NCBI GenBank assembly: GCA_052174015.1
Contig: JBQMXM010000002.1
Location: forward strand, 17,999-81,998
From: Clostridium sp.
GTDB lineage: Bacteria > Bacillota > Clostridia > TANB77 > CAG-508
Direction: 5' to 3'
Length of the DNA stretch: 64,000 nucleotides
Below are positions 8,940 to 18,201 of the stretch, piece after piece (position 1 is the first letter of the stretch; each line of letters begins with the position of its first letter). Both the position numbers and the translations under genes were made by a program. The notes below the pieces were generated by a model. That model saw only the letters and a list, made by a program, of their open reading frames with translations. It was not told the origin of the DNA and searched no databases.

Positions 8940-10559
8940 TTAATATAATGCTAACTTATTATTTAATTCTTCAAGTGTTGTTTTTTGTTCTAATATCTTT
9001 TGTATTCCATCTATTACTAATGGCTTATAATTTCCATTTAAAGCTATTTTTTTGATTTCAATTGTTGATTTATCTTCCATTATAGCTTGTTTTATTTCTT
9101 CATCTATATTTAATACTTCATAACATGCAATTCTATCTAAATATCCTGTATAATTACATAGTTTACATCCTACTTTTTCAAATGTTTCTTTTCCTTTAAA
9201 ATCTAATGTTACACCATATTTTTCTGCAATTTGTGTCATTATTTCTTTTTCTTCTTTTGTAAATTCTCTTTTTTTAGCACAATGTGGACATATTTGTCTT
9301 ACTAAACGTTGTGAAACTGAAGTTGCAAGTGTACTTGCAATATCATAATTAGATATTCCCATTTTTCTAAGTCTTGTTATAACTTCTATTGCATCAATTG
9401 TGTGAATTGTTGATAATACATAATGTCCTGTTTGTCCTGATTGCATAGCAATTTCAGCTGTTTCTAAATCCCTAATTTCTCCTACTAGAATAATATCAGG
9501 GTCTTGTCTTAATACGGTTCTTAAAGAATCAGCAAATGATGTGTTTTCATCTATTTCAATTTGGTTTATTCCATCTACTCTAATTTCAACTGGATCTTCA
9601 ATTGTAGTTATATTTATTTCAGGTCTATTTAAATAATCTAAAATTGAATATAGTGTTGTTGTTTTACCTTCTCCTGTTGGTGCTGCAATTACTGTAATAC
9701 TATTTCTTTTATTAAAACTCTTTTTAAGTATTTTTTCATCACGTGGAAATCCTAAATCAAATATATCTCTTATTCCTTTATCTTTTTTAAGCAACCTTAA
9801 AACTATTTTTTCTCCGTGTACATTTTTTTGTGAAGATACACGAATATTATAATCTGGATATATTATAATTCTTCCATCTTGAGAAGTTTTCTTTTCTTGA
9901 TACATATTAGAAATTGCTTTAATTCTTCCAATTATATTCCCTTGTTTTTTATTACTAATACTTGAAACTGTAATTAATTCTCCATCAATTCTATATCTTA
10001 TTCTAACTTCTTTTTCTAATGGCTCAATATGTATATCTGAAGCTCTTTTCTTCATTCCAGTTTTGATTATAGTGTCAATTAATGTAGTTACATCACTATT
10101 TTCTGTAATATTTACATTATCTGAATGTTCTAACCCATCAATTATTTTAAGTATATTTCTTCCAAATGTATAATATACTTCTATATTATATCCTTTTGAA
10201 AGTGCAAGTAGCTCTACTTTTTTAACTAATTTACTATCTTGTGGGTCTGCAAACGCAACCTTTAACTTATTACCTACAATATCAAATGGTAATACTTTGT
10301 CTTGTTTTATTAAATCTACTGAATAAAATTCTTTTATATCTATATTAACATCATTCATTGTAATATCTATACCTGGAAATCCAAAAATATCTGAAGTTAC
10401 TTCTAATAATGTTCTTCTATCTGTTAAATCTAATATTTCTAATATCTCTACTAACTTATATTCTGGATGTTGTTTTTGATAATCTAATGCTTTTCTTATC
10501 TCAACATCTGTTATTATTCCTTTTTTTATCAGTTCTAAACCTATTGGTACATTTGCCAT
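8940..10559 (-). CDS. pilB: Type IV pilus assembly ATPase (PilB/GspE family).
   Basis: Walker A motif APTGEGKTTTLYS, a GspE-type N-terminal domain, and a C-terminal tetracysteine CPHC...CKLC zinc motif. Confidence 0.85.
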   Translation of the reverse strand: MANVPIGLELIKKGIITDVEIRKALDYQKQHPEYKLVEILEILDLTDRRTLLEVTSDIFGFPGIDITMNDVNIDIKEFYSVDLIKQDKVLPFDIVGNKLKVAFADPQDSKLVKKVELLALSKGYNIEVYYTFGRNILKIIDGLEHSDNVNITENSDVTTLIDTIIKTGMKKRASDIHIEPLEKEVRIRYRIDGELITVSSISNKKQGNIIGRIKAISNMYQEKKTSQDGRIIIYPDYNIRVSSQKNVHGEKIVLRLLKKDKGIRDIFDLGFPRDEKILKKSFNKRNSITVIAAPTGEGKTTTLYSILDYLNRPEINITTIEDPVEIRVDGINQIEIDENTSFADSLRTVLRQDPDIILVGEIRDLETAEIAMQSGQTGHYVLSTIHTIDAIEVITRLRKMGISNYDIASTLATSVSQRLVRQICPHCAKKREFTKEEKEIMTQIAEKYGVTLDFKGKETFEKVGCKLCNYTGYLDRIACYEVLNIDEEIKQAIMEDKSTIEIKKIALNGNYKPLVIDGIQKILEQKTTLEELNNKLALY

Positions 10560-10575
10560 ATCATTCTCCCTCTTT

Positions 10576-11787
10576 TTATTTATTTATATAATAATATACT
10601 AATCCTTTTGAAATATATGCTGCACCTGCTGGATCTCCATATTGAATATCTCTATACATTCTATATTTACTTGCAAGCATATATAATCCTATCATTTCTT
10701 TTGCCATATCTTTTTTTATCCAAGCACCTTTTTTTTCATTATCATATATTTCTGCAATCCTTTTATAATACAAAAACTTTGTTTGATCATTTTCTGATAA
10801 TGTTTGATAATCACTATTATTAGTCATTATATTTCTATCTTGTGCATCTTTATCTTTTTTAGGTATTAAATAATTATTACTATCAAATTCTACATCTCCT
10901 GAATTGTATACACCTCTAATTTTAGTTGGTTTATCATTTTCATCTAATGTACATATTCTAATTTTAGTATGTGGTGTTTTACCTAAATATTGTGTTGTTA
11001 AGATATTTTTAAAAGTTTGTATATATGAATCACCATATATGTGTTCCATAATATCTTTTATAATACCTGTCAATTCTTTTACATTATTAATATTATTTGG
11101 ATATGTTATTCTTGGTACATATACATAAGTTTCTTTTTTATCATTCAAATCTCCATTATATGCATCTCTTTTATTCATCATTAAGAATGTTGGAAAACTA
11201 CTTCCGTAATATATATTTTTTTCTAATTCTTCTCTTTCATTTGAATTTACTCTTCTAACTTTATAAGTATAACCATATCCTGTTTCTTTAACTACTTTAC
11301 AAAAGTCCATATATTCATTATTAGCTACTTCCCAAATTGAATGATAATTACTCTTATCAAGTCCTACCATTTTATAGTATCTTTGTATAATTAAATTTTT
11401 TCTTCTATCTCCTGTAGCTACTACTCGTTTTCCACTTTTTTTTATAGGAATATAATAATCTTGTTCATCTATTACAACTTTTAATATATTATCTTCTTGT
11501 TTTTCTGCAGATTTTATAGTTATTGATACATTTGTATTTTTTTCTTCATATTTATATGGATATGTTGCTGTTGGAACTACTTTTTCTATACCTTTTTCTT
11601 CTATTTCTCCAAGTAATACTTGTTTTAATTCATTTTTTCTATTATTATGATACATTTGTATATTCAATTCATTAATATGTTTTAACATGTTAAATGCTAC
11701 AAATATTGTTATTGCTAAAATTATAACCGTCATAGTTATATCTATACCTGTTACACCTTTTTTTCCTCTAATCTTTTCTTTTAACAT
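10576..11787 (-). CDS. Large (403 aa) prepilin-type protein with a canonical class III signal (KKG|VTGIDITMTVIILAI, Asp at +5).
   Basis: Short basic leader ending in Gly, then a hydrophobic helix with acidic +5. It lies between the prepilin peptidase and PilB genes. Confidence 0.7.
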   Translation of the reverse strand: MLKEKIRGKKGVTGIDITMTVIILAITIFVAFNMLKHINELNIQMYHNNRKNELKQVLLGEIEEKGIEKVVPTATYPYKYEEKNTNVSITIKSAEKQEDNILKVVIDEQDYYIPIKKSGKRVVATGDRRKNLIIQRYYKMVGLDKSNYHSIWEVANNEYMDFCKVVKETGYGYTYKVRRVNSNEREELEKNIYYGSSFPTFLMMNKRDAYNGDLNDKKETYVYVPRITYPNNINNVKELTGIIKDIMEHIYGDSYIQTFKNILTTQYLGKTPHTKIRICTLDENDKPTKIRGVYNSGDVEFDSNNYLIPKKDKDAQDRNIMTNNSDYQTLSENDQTKFLYYKRIAEIYDNEKKGAWIKKDMAKEMIGLYMLASKYRMYRDIQYGDPAGAAYISKGLVYYYINK

Positions 11788-11798
11788 GTTTTCCCCTT

Positions 11799-12743
11799 CT
11801 ATATATTTAAAAAGTTTGATAAAATCATTATAAATATTGTTATATACATTAATATTAATACAAATGATGTCATTGTTTTTCTTTGTTCTAATTCTGAATA
11901 TTTTAATCCTGTTAATTTTGGTAATAATACATCTTTAAGTTTTGTTTCTTTAGCTTTTTCTTTTTTATATGTTTTTAATTTAGGGTCTACTTCAAATTTT
12001 TTATCTAATTTTTCTTTTAAATCTATAATTTGTAAAATAGAAAGTATTTCATACATAATATATATAATTAATGTTATACCTATTATTCCTGCCATTATTG
12101 TTGGCTCTAAATATATTGTTAATATTAATATTGTTGATAATAGGTCTATTAAATATATTGTTTGTTTATTTTTATTTCTCACATTATATACTTGAATTAT
12201 TGTTAAAATCATTAATATAAATAAATATATTATTGATAAATATACACTAAATGTTTCTCCATTTTGTAAGTAAACATATTTTATAAATACATTTATACCT
12301 GCAAACATTGTTCCAAACACCATTAATCCTTTATCAATTACTCCTGTATCTTGATCTATCTTTGCTGTTAAATATATATATGTAAATATAAATGGGAATG
12401 AAATTAAACTAATCACCTTATATATCAATAACCCTTCTATTTTAAATATGTTTAATGAGTTAAAGAATAATAAGAATATTATTCCTGTAAATATCTCTGT
12501 CAAAAAATATTTACTTGATATTTTTTCTTTACAGTGTCTACATTTTCCTCCTAAAAATATGTATGATAATATTGGAAACAAATCTTTTGCTCCTAATTTT
12601 CCATTACATACTGGACAAAATGATCTTTCTTTTACAATATCTAAATTTCTTGGAATTCTATGTCTTGCTAATGTGTAAAAACTTCCAAAAAATGTTCCCA
12701 TTATGAAAACTAAAAAATTAATTATTATTATATATACTTCCAT
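11799..12743 (-). CDS. pilD: Prepilin peptidase (PilD/ComC, A24 family) with a long Lys-rich C-terminal extension.
   Basis: N-terminal zinc-binding domain (CPVCNGKL...GGKCRHC) after the first TM segment, then multi-TM regions with an IDQDTGVIDKG aspartate motif. The second catalytic-Asp motif is not obvious. Confidence 0.7.
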   Translation of the reverse strand: MEVYIIIINFLVFIMGTFFGSFYTLARHRIPRNLDIVKERSFCPVCNGKLGAKDLFPILSYIFLGGKCRHCKEKISSKYFLTEIFTGIIFLLFFNSLNIFKIEGLLIYKVISLISFPFIFTYIYLTAKIDQDTGVIDKGLMVFGTMFAGINVFIKYVYLQNGETFSVYLSIIYLFILMILTIIQVYNVRNKNKQTIYLIDLLSTILILTIYLEPTIMAGIIGITLIIYIMYEILSILQIIDLKEKLDKKFEVDPKLKTYKKEKAKETKLKDVLLPKLTGLKYSELEQRKTMTSFVLILMYITIFIMILSNFLNI

Positions 12744-12792
12744 TTTTACCCCTTTATTAAATATATTCTCATAAATTTTATAACATAAAAAA

Positions 12793-12827
12793 ACAAAAAA
12801 GTATATTTATTTTACACAACTATACTT
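12793..12827 (-). terminator. Rho-independent terminator: 11-bp perfect stem AAAAAAGTATA/TATACTTTTTT followed by a U-run on the minus strand. It separates the HAD/UbiA operon from the pilus operon.
   Basis: Inverted repeat and T-run read from the sequence. Confidence 0.55.
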
Positions 12828-12878
12828 TTTTGTAATATTAATTTTAAATATCTATATACTTTTAATAAGAATATAAAT

Positions 12879-13463
12879 TTATTTGATATATTCTATTAAT
12901 TTATTTCCTTTTACTAAATATCCTTTTTTAGCTATATTTAATAATGGCTTATCACTTAAAGAATCTGTATATGCATTTTCTATTATTACATTTTCAGATA
13001 TATTATTTATTTTAAAATATTCTTTTAACCTATTTATTTTTTCTTCTCCATAACAATTTTTACCAGTATATTTACCTGTTTTTTTATCTACAATTGAAGA
13101 CAATAAATTTTTTTCTTTAATTCCTAATCTAGTTATTATTGGTTTTAATATAAATTCTGGTGATGCAGATATTATAATATCTGTATCTTGTATTTGATTT
13201 AAATACCATTTTTTTATTTTTTTATCATTAATATCCCAAAATTCTATTATTTCTTTATCAATGTCTGGTATATCTTTTAAAAATTCATAAAAACATTCTT
13301 TTGCTTTTTCTTTTTCTATAATATTCAGTTTATATTTTACCATATATATTATTGCTTTAATTATTCTAAATAATATATATGGTCTTTTTTTTATTGAATA
13401 TTTATAGAAGTCTAAAGTTGAATCTCCATCATATATTGTTTTATCAAAATCATATATATTCAT
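12879..13463 (-). CDS. HAD-superfamily hydrolase (subfamily IB-like phosphatase).
   Basis: DxDxT motif (YDFDKTIYDGDST) at the N-terminus and a HAD-like C-terminal region. Confidence 0.6.
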   Translation of the reverse strand: MNIYDFDKTIYDGDSTLDFYKYSIKKRPYILFRIIKAIIYMVKYKLNIIEKEKAKECFYEFLKDIPDIDKEIIEFWDINDKKIKKWYLNQIQDTDIIISASPEFILKPIITRLGIKEKNLLSSIVDKKTGKYTGKNCYGEEKINRLKEYFKINNISENVIIENAYTDSLSDKPLLNIAKKGYLVKGNKLIEYIK

Positions 13464-13509
13464 TATTACTCCTAATATATTACTATTATACTATTATACT
13501 ATTATACTA

Positions 13510-14376
13510 TTATATTATATAAATTAATCCTATCATCATTAGCATAAAAAATGTAATTAATAGTAATATTATTTTATCTTTAAATACTACTTCTACAGGG
13601 TCTCCTAACCCTTTTTCATTTTTTTCTAAGTTTAATGTATATCTCATACATATTATTATTACAAATGGTATTGTCCAAATAAGTTTATCACCAATATTTT
13701 TAACTGTTATACTATCAATTGTCCATAATGAATAAAATACAATTGATAATGTTAAAAACATATACATATTTTTATCTAAAAAATCATATGGATATTTTTT
13801 TAATACCTCACGTGTTTTATTACCTTGTGATAAAAATTCTCCTCTTCTTTTTCCAATTCCTAAATAGAATGACATTGAGATTACTGTTAAATACAACCAA
13901 TTAGAAATACTTATATCTACTACTCCTGCTCCATATAATACTCTAAATAAGAATCCTAGCATTAATATTGTTATATCTATTATCGGTTCATTTTTAAGCC
14001 CCTTACTATATAATATATTTAAAACTAAATACATAATTAATATAATTCCAGGTATTTTAAATCCTATTAAATAATAGTTTATAAAAAGTGATATAATTAA
14101 AAGTATCACAGAGAATATGTATGCTTGTGATATTTTTACTTCTCCTGATGCTATTGGTCTTTTGCATTTTTCTATATGCTGTTTATCTTTTTCTACATCA
14201 CTAATATCATTTATGATATATACTACAGAAGCAATTAAACTAAATGCTACAAATCCTAATAAAACTTTTAAAAACATAGTTGGATTTAATAATTGCTTAC
14301 TAAATATTAATGGTACAAAAAGTAATCCATTTTTTATATAGTGTTTTATTCTCATTAATTTTAAATATTTTTTCAT
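13510..14376 (-). CDS. UbiA-family prenyltransferase resembling decaprenyl-phosphate phosphoribosyltransferase (DPPR synthase).
   Basis: NDxxDxxxD motif (NDISDVEKD) followed by KRPIASGEV, the hallmark arrangement of DPPR-synthase-type UbiA enzymes, on a multi-TM protein. Confidence 0.65.
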   Translation of the reverse strand: MKKYLKLMRIKHYIKNGLLFVPLIFSKQLLNPTMFLKVLLGFVAFSLIASVVYIINDISDVEKDKQHIEKCKRPIASGEVKISQAYIFSVILLIISLFINYYLIGFKIPGIILIMYLVLNILYSKGLKNEPIIDITILMLGFLFRVLYGAGVVDISISNWLYLTVISMSFYLGIGKRRGEFLSQGNKTREVLKKYPYDFLDKNMYMFLTLSIVFYSLWTIDSITVKNIGDKLIWTIPFVIIICMRYTLNLEKNEKGLGDPVEVVFKDKIILLLITFFMLMMIGLIYII

Positions 14377-14383
14377 TTTTCAC

Positions 14384-16144
14384 CTATTCTGTTACATTAA
14401 TCAATTCTTTAATAGAATCTAAAAAGTTATATATTGTATATACTTCTTTAAAATTAGCTATTAATATTGCGACTATAATTACTGTATATATTAATATATT
14501 TAATATTTTTTCTACTTTATCTTTTTCTACTTTATTGTATATATTATTAATAACTATACTCAACTTATTAATAATTGTATCTATTCCTGCAACTAACAAT
14601 ACTATTATTGCCCATGAGAAATATATATTAAATAATGGCGTTTCATCTGGACTCCATTTTAATAGTACAAATAATACATATGCAAAAATTAACCAGGCCA
14701 TTGATATTTTATATATTAATTTTTTACTATTTGATACAAATCCAATTATTGAAAGTATTATAACTGAAATTGATAAAATACTTGATTTTTTACTTAAATT
14801 CTCCCAAAGATATTTATTTTCTATTGTTATATTAGCTTTAAATGGTGTTATACTACTATGAAACATATTATTTGTTGCATTAATTCTTTCTTCTGTAGAA
14901 ATTACTGCTGTAAATTGTTTTCTCATTTTAATAACATCTCTTTTTCCATTTATAAATACAGACATTCTTCCAAATATTATTAAAAACGCAACTAATACAA
15001 CTAATACTTTTACACCTTTTATAATTAATTTTTTAATATCTTCTTTTAATGTTTCTTTATGTATATCTAAAACTTCTGCAATTGATATCACTGCCGTTGT
15101 AGGCATTACTAAAATTGATGATACTAAAGCTTTTATATTTTGTTTTTTAAAACATGTTAAAAATACATAATTAACTAATAAAAATGTTATTAATTGATAT
15201 TTTTCAAAAAATAATGTATATGTTAATGTAGCAAATGATACCATATATAATATAAATACTTTACGATTTCCAGTTAATATTTTTAGTTTTAATGCTATTA
15301 ATATTAATAATTGTGCATTAACTATTTGTAGTATTACAGCTTCTACATATCTAAATGTATCTTCTCCTAAATGTAAAATTGTAGAATTCAAAGTATCTAA
15401 TACTGTATTAACAATTGCCCATACAGGAAACACAAATATATTTAATATTGGATGTCTTACATCATAATAATGACTTTCACGAATTATATCTTTAAATATC
15501 CATTTAGAATCTATTGAATATACACTATCATATGTATAATACCAACCTACAGATAATGAATATATTCCGATTATTAAAACTATACTTAATATTGTTGCAA
15601 CTATATATGCTCTTTTATCCCACACATCTAATTTATTAAGCATAAATTTAATATCATCTCTTATCCTATTTAATACATATACAAAAAGCATAATAATTAT
15701 AAATGATGATATTGCAAAAAATTTCAAATTAAATCTATTAAAAAATTGCTTTGATTGTAGTTTATTTACATATGTAGTGCTATGTTGAAACATATACATT
15801 TTTTTGATAACTATTATTGCAAATATCCCTATAATGATATTAAAAATTATAGCTATTTTAAAATCTTTAATATTAGACTTTAATAATTTTTCTCCATACA
15901 TCATAGTAATTACAAATGAAAATAAAAAAGTAGCTATTGTTCCTATCACTTTTTCTTTTCCGAATATATCTCCATTTATTAATTGAACAGAAAAAACTCC
16001 TGCAGATAAAGATAAAATAAGTATAATAATATTATATATTATTTTTTTACTTATTTTATTTTCATTAAATATTCTTAAATCAAATAAATCTTTAACAGAA
16101 GGTTTAATCTGAGTATTAATAACTTTGTTTATTATACTTAACAT
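14384..16144 (-). CDS. Large polytopic membrane protein (at least 12 TM helices). Possible GT-C type lipid-linked glycosyltransferase.
   Basis: Hydrophobicity pattern only. The call rests on genomic context with the UbiA/DPPR-synthase-like and HAD genes. No catalytic motif recognised. Confidence 0.35.
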   Translation of the reverse strand: MLSIINKVINTQIKPSVKDLFDLRIFNENKISKKIIYNIIILILSLSAGVFSVQLINGDIFGKEKVIGTIATFLFSFVITMMYGEKLLKSNIKDFKIAIIFNIIIGIFAIIVIKKMYMFQHSTTYVNKLQSKQFFNRFNLKFFAISSFIIIMLFVYVLNRIRDDIKFMLNKLDVWDKRAYIVATILSIVLIIGIYSLSVGWYYTYDSVYSIDSKWIFKDIIRESHYYDVRHPILNIFVFPVWAIVNTVLDTLNSTILHLGEDTFRYVEAVILQIVNAQLLILIALKLKILTGNRKVFILYMVSFATLTYTLFFEKYQLITFLLVNYVFLTCFKKQNIKALVSSILVMPTTAVISIAEVLDIHKETLKEDIKKLIIKGVKVLVVLVAFLIIFGRMSVFINGKRDVIKMRKQFTAVISTEERINATNNMFHSSITPFKANITIENKYLWENLSKKSSILSISVIILSIIGFVSNSKKLIYKISMAWLIFAYVLFVLLKWSPDETPLFNIYFSWAIIVLLVAGIDTIINKLSIVINNIYNKVEKDKVEKILNILIYTVIIVAILIANFKEVYTIYNFLDSIKELINVTE

Positions 16145-16173
16145 TATTACTCAACCCCTTATTTTACATTAAT

Positions 16174-16202
16174 ATAATATAATTTATACATACTTTTGTC
16201 AA
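16174..16202 (-). promoter_or_regulatory. Sigma-70-type promoter (TTGACA, 17 bp spacer, TATTAT) upstream of the 14384..16144 operon.
   Basis: Minus strand reads TTGACAaaagtatgtataaattaTATTAT, about 30 bp upstream of the start codon at 16144. Confidence 0.5.
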
Positions 16203-16248
16203 ATATCTAGAATATTATAACATATAACTATATTATCTACTTAATAAA

Positions 16249-16854
16249 TTATTTCTTTTCTTTAAGCTTATCTATAATCTTAAAATAACATTCTGCACAA
16301 ATTGCTTCATATTCTACCTTAGATGAATCATCTATTACTACTTGTTCTCCACTTAAACAAATCTTTCCATCTTGTTTACGAATATTTATTGTTGCTTTTT
16401 TACCACATGAGCAAATATGTTTTAATTCCTCTATATCTTGTGCTACCATCATAAGTTTTGAACTTCCTGGAAAAGGATTTAAAAGAAAGTCGCTTTTTAA
16501 GCCATAACATATTACAGCTATATTATATTTAGTAGCTATCTCTAGTAATTGCATAACTTGCTCTTCTGTTAAAAATTGTGATTCATCTACTACAAGTGCA
16601 TCTATTGTACTTTCTTTTAATTTTTCTTTAATATATTCTAATATATTCATTTCATTAGATATTAATACATCTACTTTTCTTGAAATTCCTAACCTACTTA
16701 CAATACTATCATTTCCTTTTGTATCAATTATAGGTTTACAAACTAAAACTTTCATATTTCTAATCTCATAATTATACACTACTTGTAATAAATGTGTTGT
16801 CTTACCACTGCCCATTACTCCATGTCTAAAATATAATTTCATATTTTCCTCCAA
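16249..16854 (-). CDS. tdk: Thymidine kinase.
   Basis: P-loop GVMGSGKTT and a C-terminal zinc motif CSCGKKA...CAECY. Confidence 0.9.
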   Translation of the reverse strand: MEENMKLYFRHGVMGSGKTTHLLQVVYNYEIRNMKVLVCKPIIDTKGNDSIVSRLGISRKVDVLISNEMNILEYIKEKLKESTIDALVVDESQFLTEEQVMQLLEIATKYNIAVICYGLKSDFLLNPFPGSSKLMMVAQDIEELKHICSCGKKATINIRKQDGKICLSGEQVVIDDSSKVEYEAICAECYFKIIDKLKEKK

Positions 16855-16874
16855 TCTTATTATATATTATTATA

Positions 16875-17720
16875 TTATCTTATTATCTCATTATTAAAAT
16901 TAAATTTATCTATAAATAATTTTAAACCTATTATCTTAGGTGATATATTAAATATTAACACTTCATCTTTAGTTGGATGTTTAAATTCTAAATAGTATGA
17001 ATAAAGTCCTAATTCTTTACTATTATATTTTTTATCATATTTACTATCATGTAATACTGGATATCCCCTATGTGAAAATTGCACTCTAATTTGATGATGT
17101 CTTCCAGTTATAAGTTCTACTTCTAAAAGTGTTAGATTTTTTTCATAATTATATTCTAATATCTTATATTTTAATTCAGCTATTTTAGATTTTTCTAAAT
17201 CTTTTGTATTTTCATTTACTACATAACTTTTTTTAAGTTTACTATTTTTTATTAATCTATCTTTTAATATATTACTTGATATTTCATCATCATTTTTATT
17301 ATCATTTAGTTTAACTATATTTTTTACAATTACTAAATATTTTTTAATTATATTTCTTTTTTGAATTTCTTTACTTAACCTACTTGCCGCTTTACTAGTT
17401 TTTGCAAACACCATAATTCCTGTAGTTGGAACATCTAATCTATGTACAAGTCCTAAATATACATTTCCTTTTTTATCATACTTTTCTCGTATATATTCTT
17501 TTAATATTTCTATTAAACTTATTTCTGTATTTTCATCTTTTTGACTTGCAATTCCTGATGGTTTTATTACAACAATTATATGATTATCTTCATATAATAC
17601 ATATATATATGGTATATTTAATTCTAAATTTGATATATTAATATATTTAGACAAACTTATTTTAGAAACATATTCTCTGCATAATATATTTTGCATAACT
17701 TTCCTCCTAATAAATACCAT
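16875..17720 (-). CDS. RluA-family pseudouridine synthase.
   Basis: HRLDVPTTG catalytic motif and C-terminal GRHHQIRVQFS. Confidence 0.8.
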   Translation of the reverse strand: MVFIRRKVMQNILCREYVSKISLSKYINISNLELNIPYIYVLYEDNHIIVVIKPSGIASQKDENTEISLIEILKEYIREKYDKKGNVYLGLVHRLDVPTTGIMVFAKTSKAASRLSKEIQKRNIIKKYLVIVKNIVKLNDNKNDDEISSNILKDRLIKNSKLKKSYVVNENTKDLEKSKIAELKYKILEYNYEKNLTLLEVELITGRHHQIRVQFSHRGYPVLHDSKYDKKYNSKELGLYSYYLEFKHPTKDEVLIFNISPKIIGLKLFIDKFNFNNEIIR

Positions 17721-18192
17721 ATTTATCTTCTAATACATTAATATCTAGTTTTTTTAATATCTCTGTATTTTCTTTAATATATGAATCTATATCTTCTCTT
17801 TTTATTATAATTTTTTTATCATTTATTCCATATAGTTTTTCTTTTATTTTAATATTATCAACAACTTTTGATATAATTGTTTTTTCTTTTAATATTTCTT
17901 CTTCTGTTTTTTTACCTACTATACTACATGTACAATTAGGACTATTACAAGTACAAGTATCTGTTAAACCTTCTGTTTTAATTGTTTGTAATATATTTGT
18001 ATATATTTTTTTAGTAAATGCTATACCTGCCATTGCTCCAATATATACATTATTAATATCTGTTTGTTTATCTATAATTATTTTTTCGTTTTCTAATATT
18101 TTTTCTAATATCTCTATTATATTTTCATTAACAGATTTTTCTTTGTTAATTTCTTTATTTTTTACTTGTAATATTTCATCCCAATTTTCCAT
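17707..18192 (-). CDS. Hypothetical protein (161 aa, Lys/Ile-rich, CTCNSPNCTC cysteine cluster).
   Basis: ORF only. It overlaps the downstream rluA-family gene by 14 bp, which suggests translational coupling. Confidence 0.35.
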   Translation of the reverse strand: MENWDEILQVKNKEINKEKSVNENIIEILEKILENEKIIIDKQTDINNVYIGAMAGIAFTKKIYTNILQTIKTEGLTDTCTCNSPNCTCSIVGKKTEEEILKEKTIISKVVDNIKIKEKLYGINDKKIIIKREDIDSYIKENTEILKKLDINVLEDKYGIY

Positions 18193-18201
18193 ATCTTCTC
18201 C

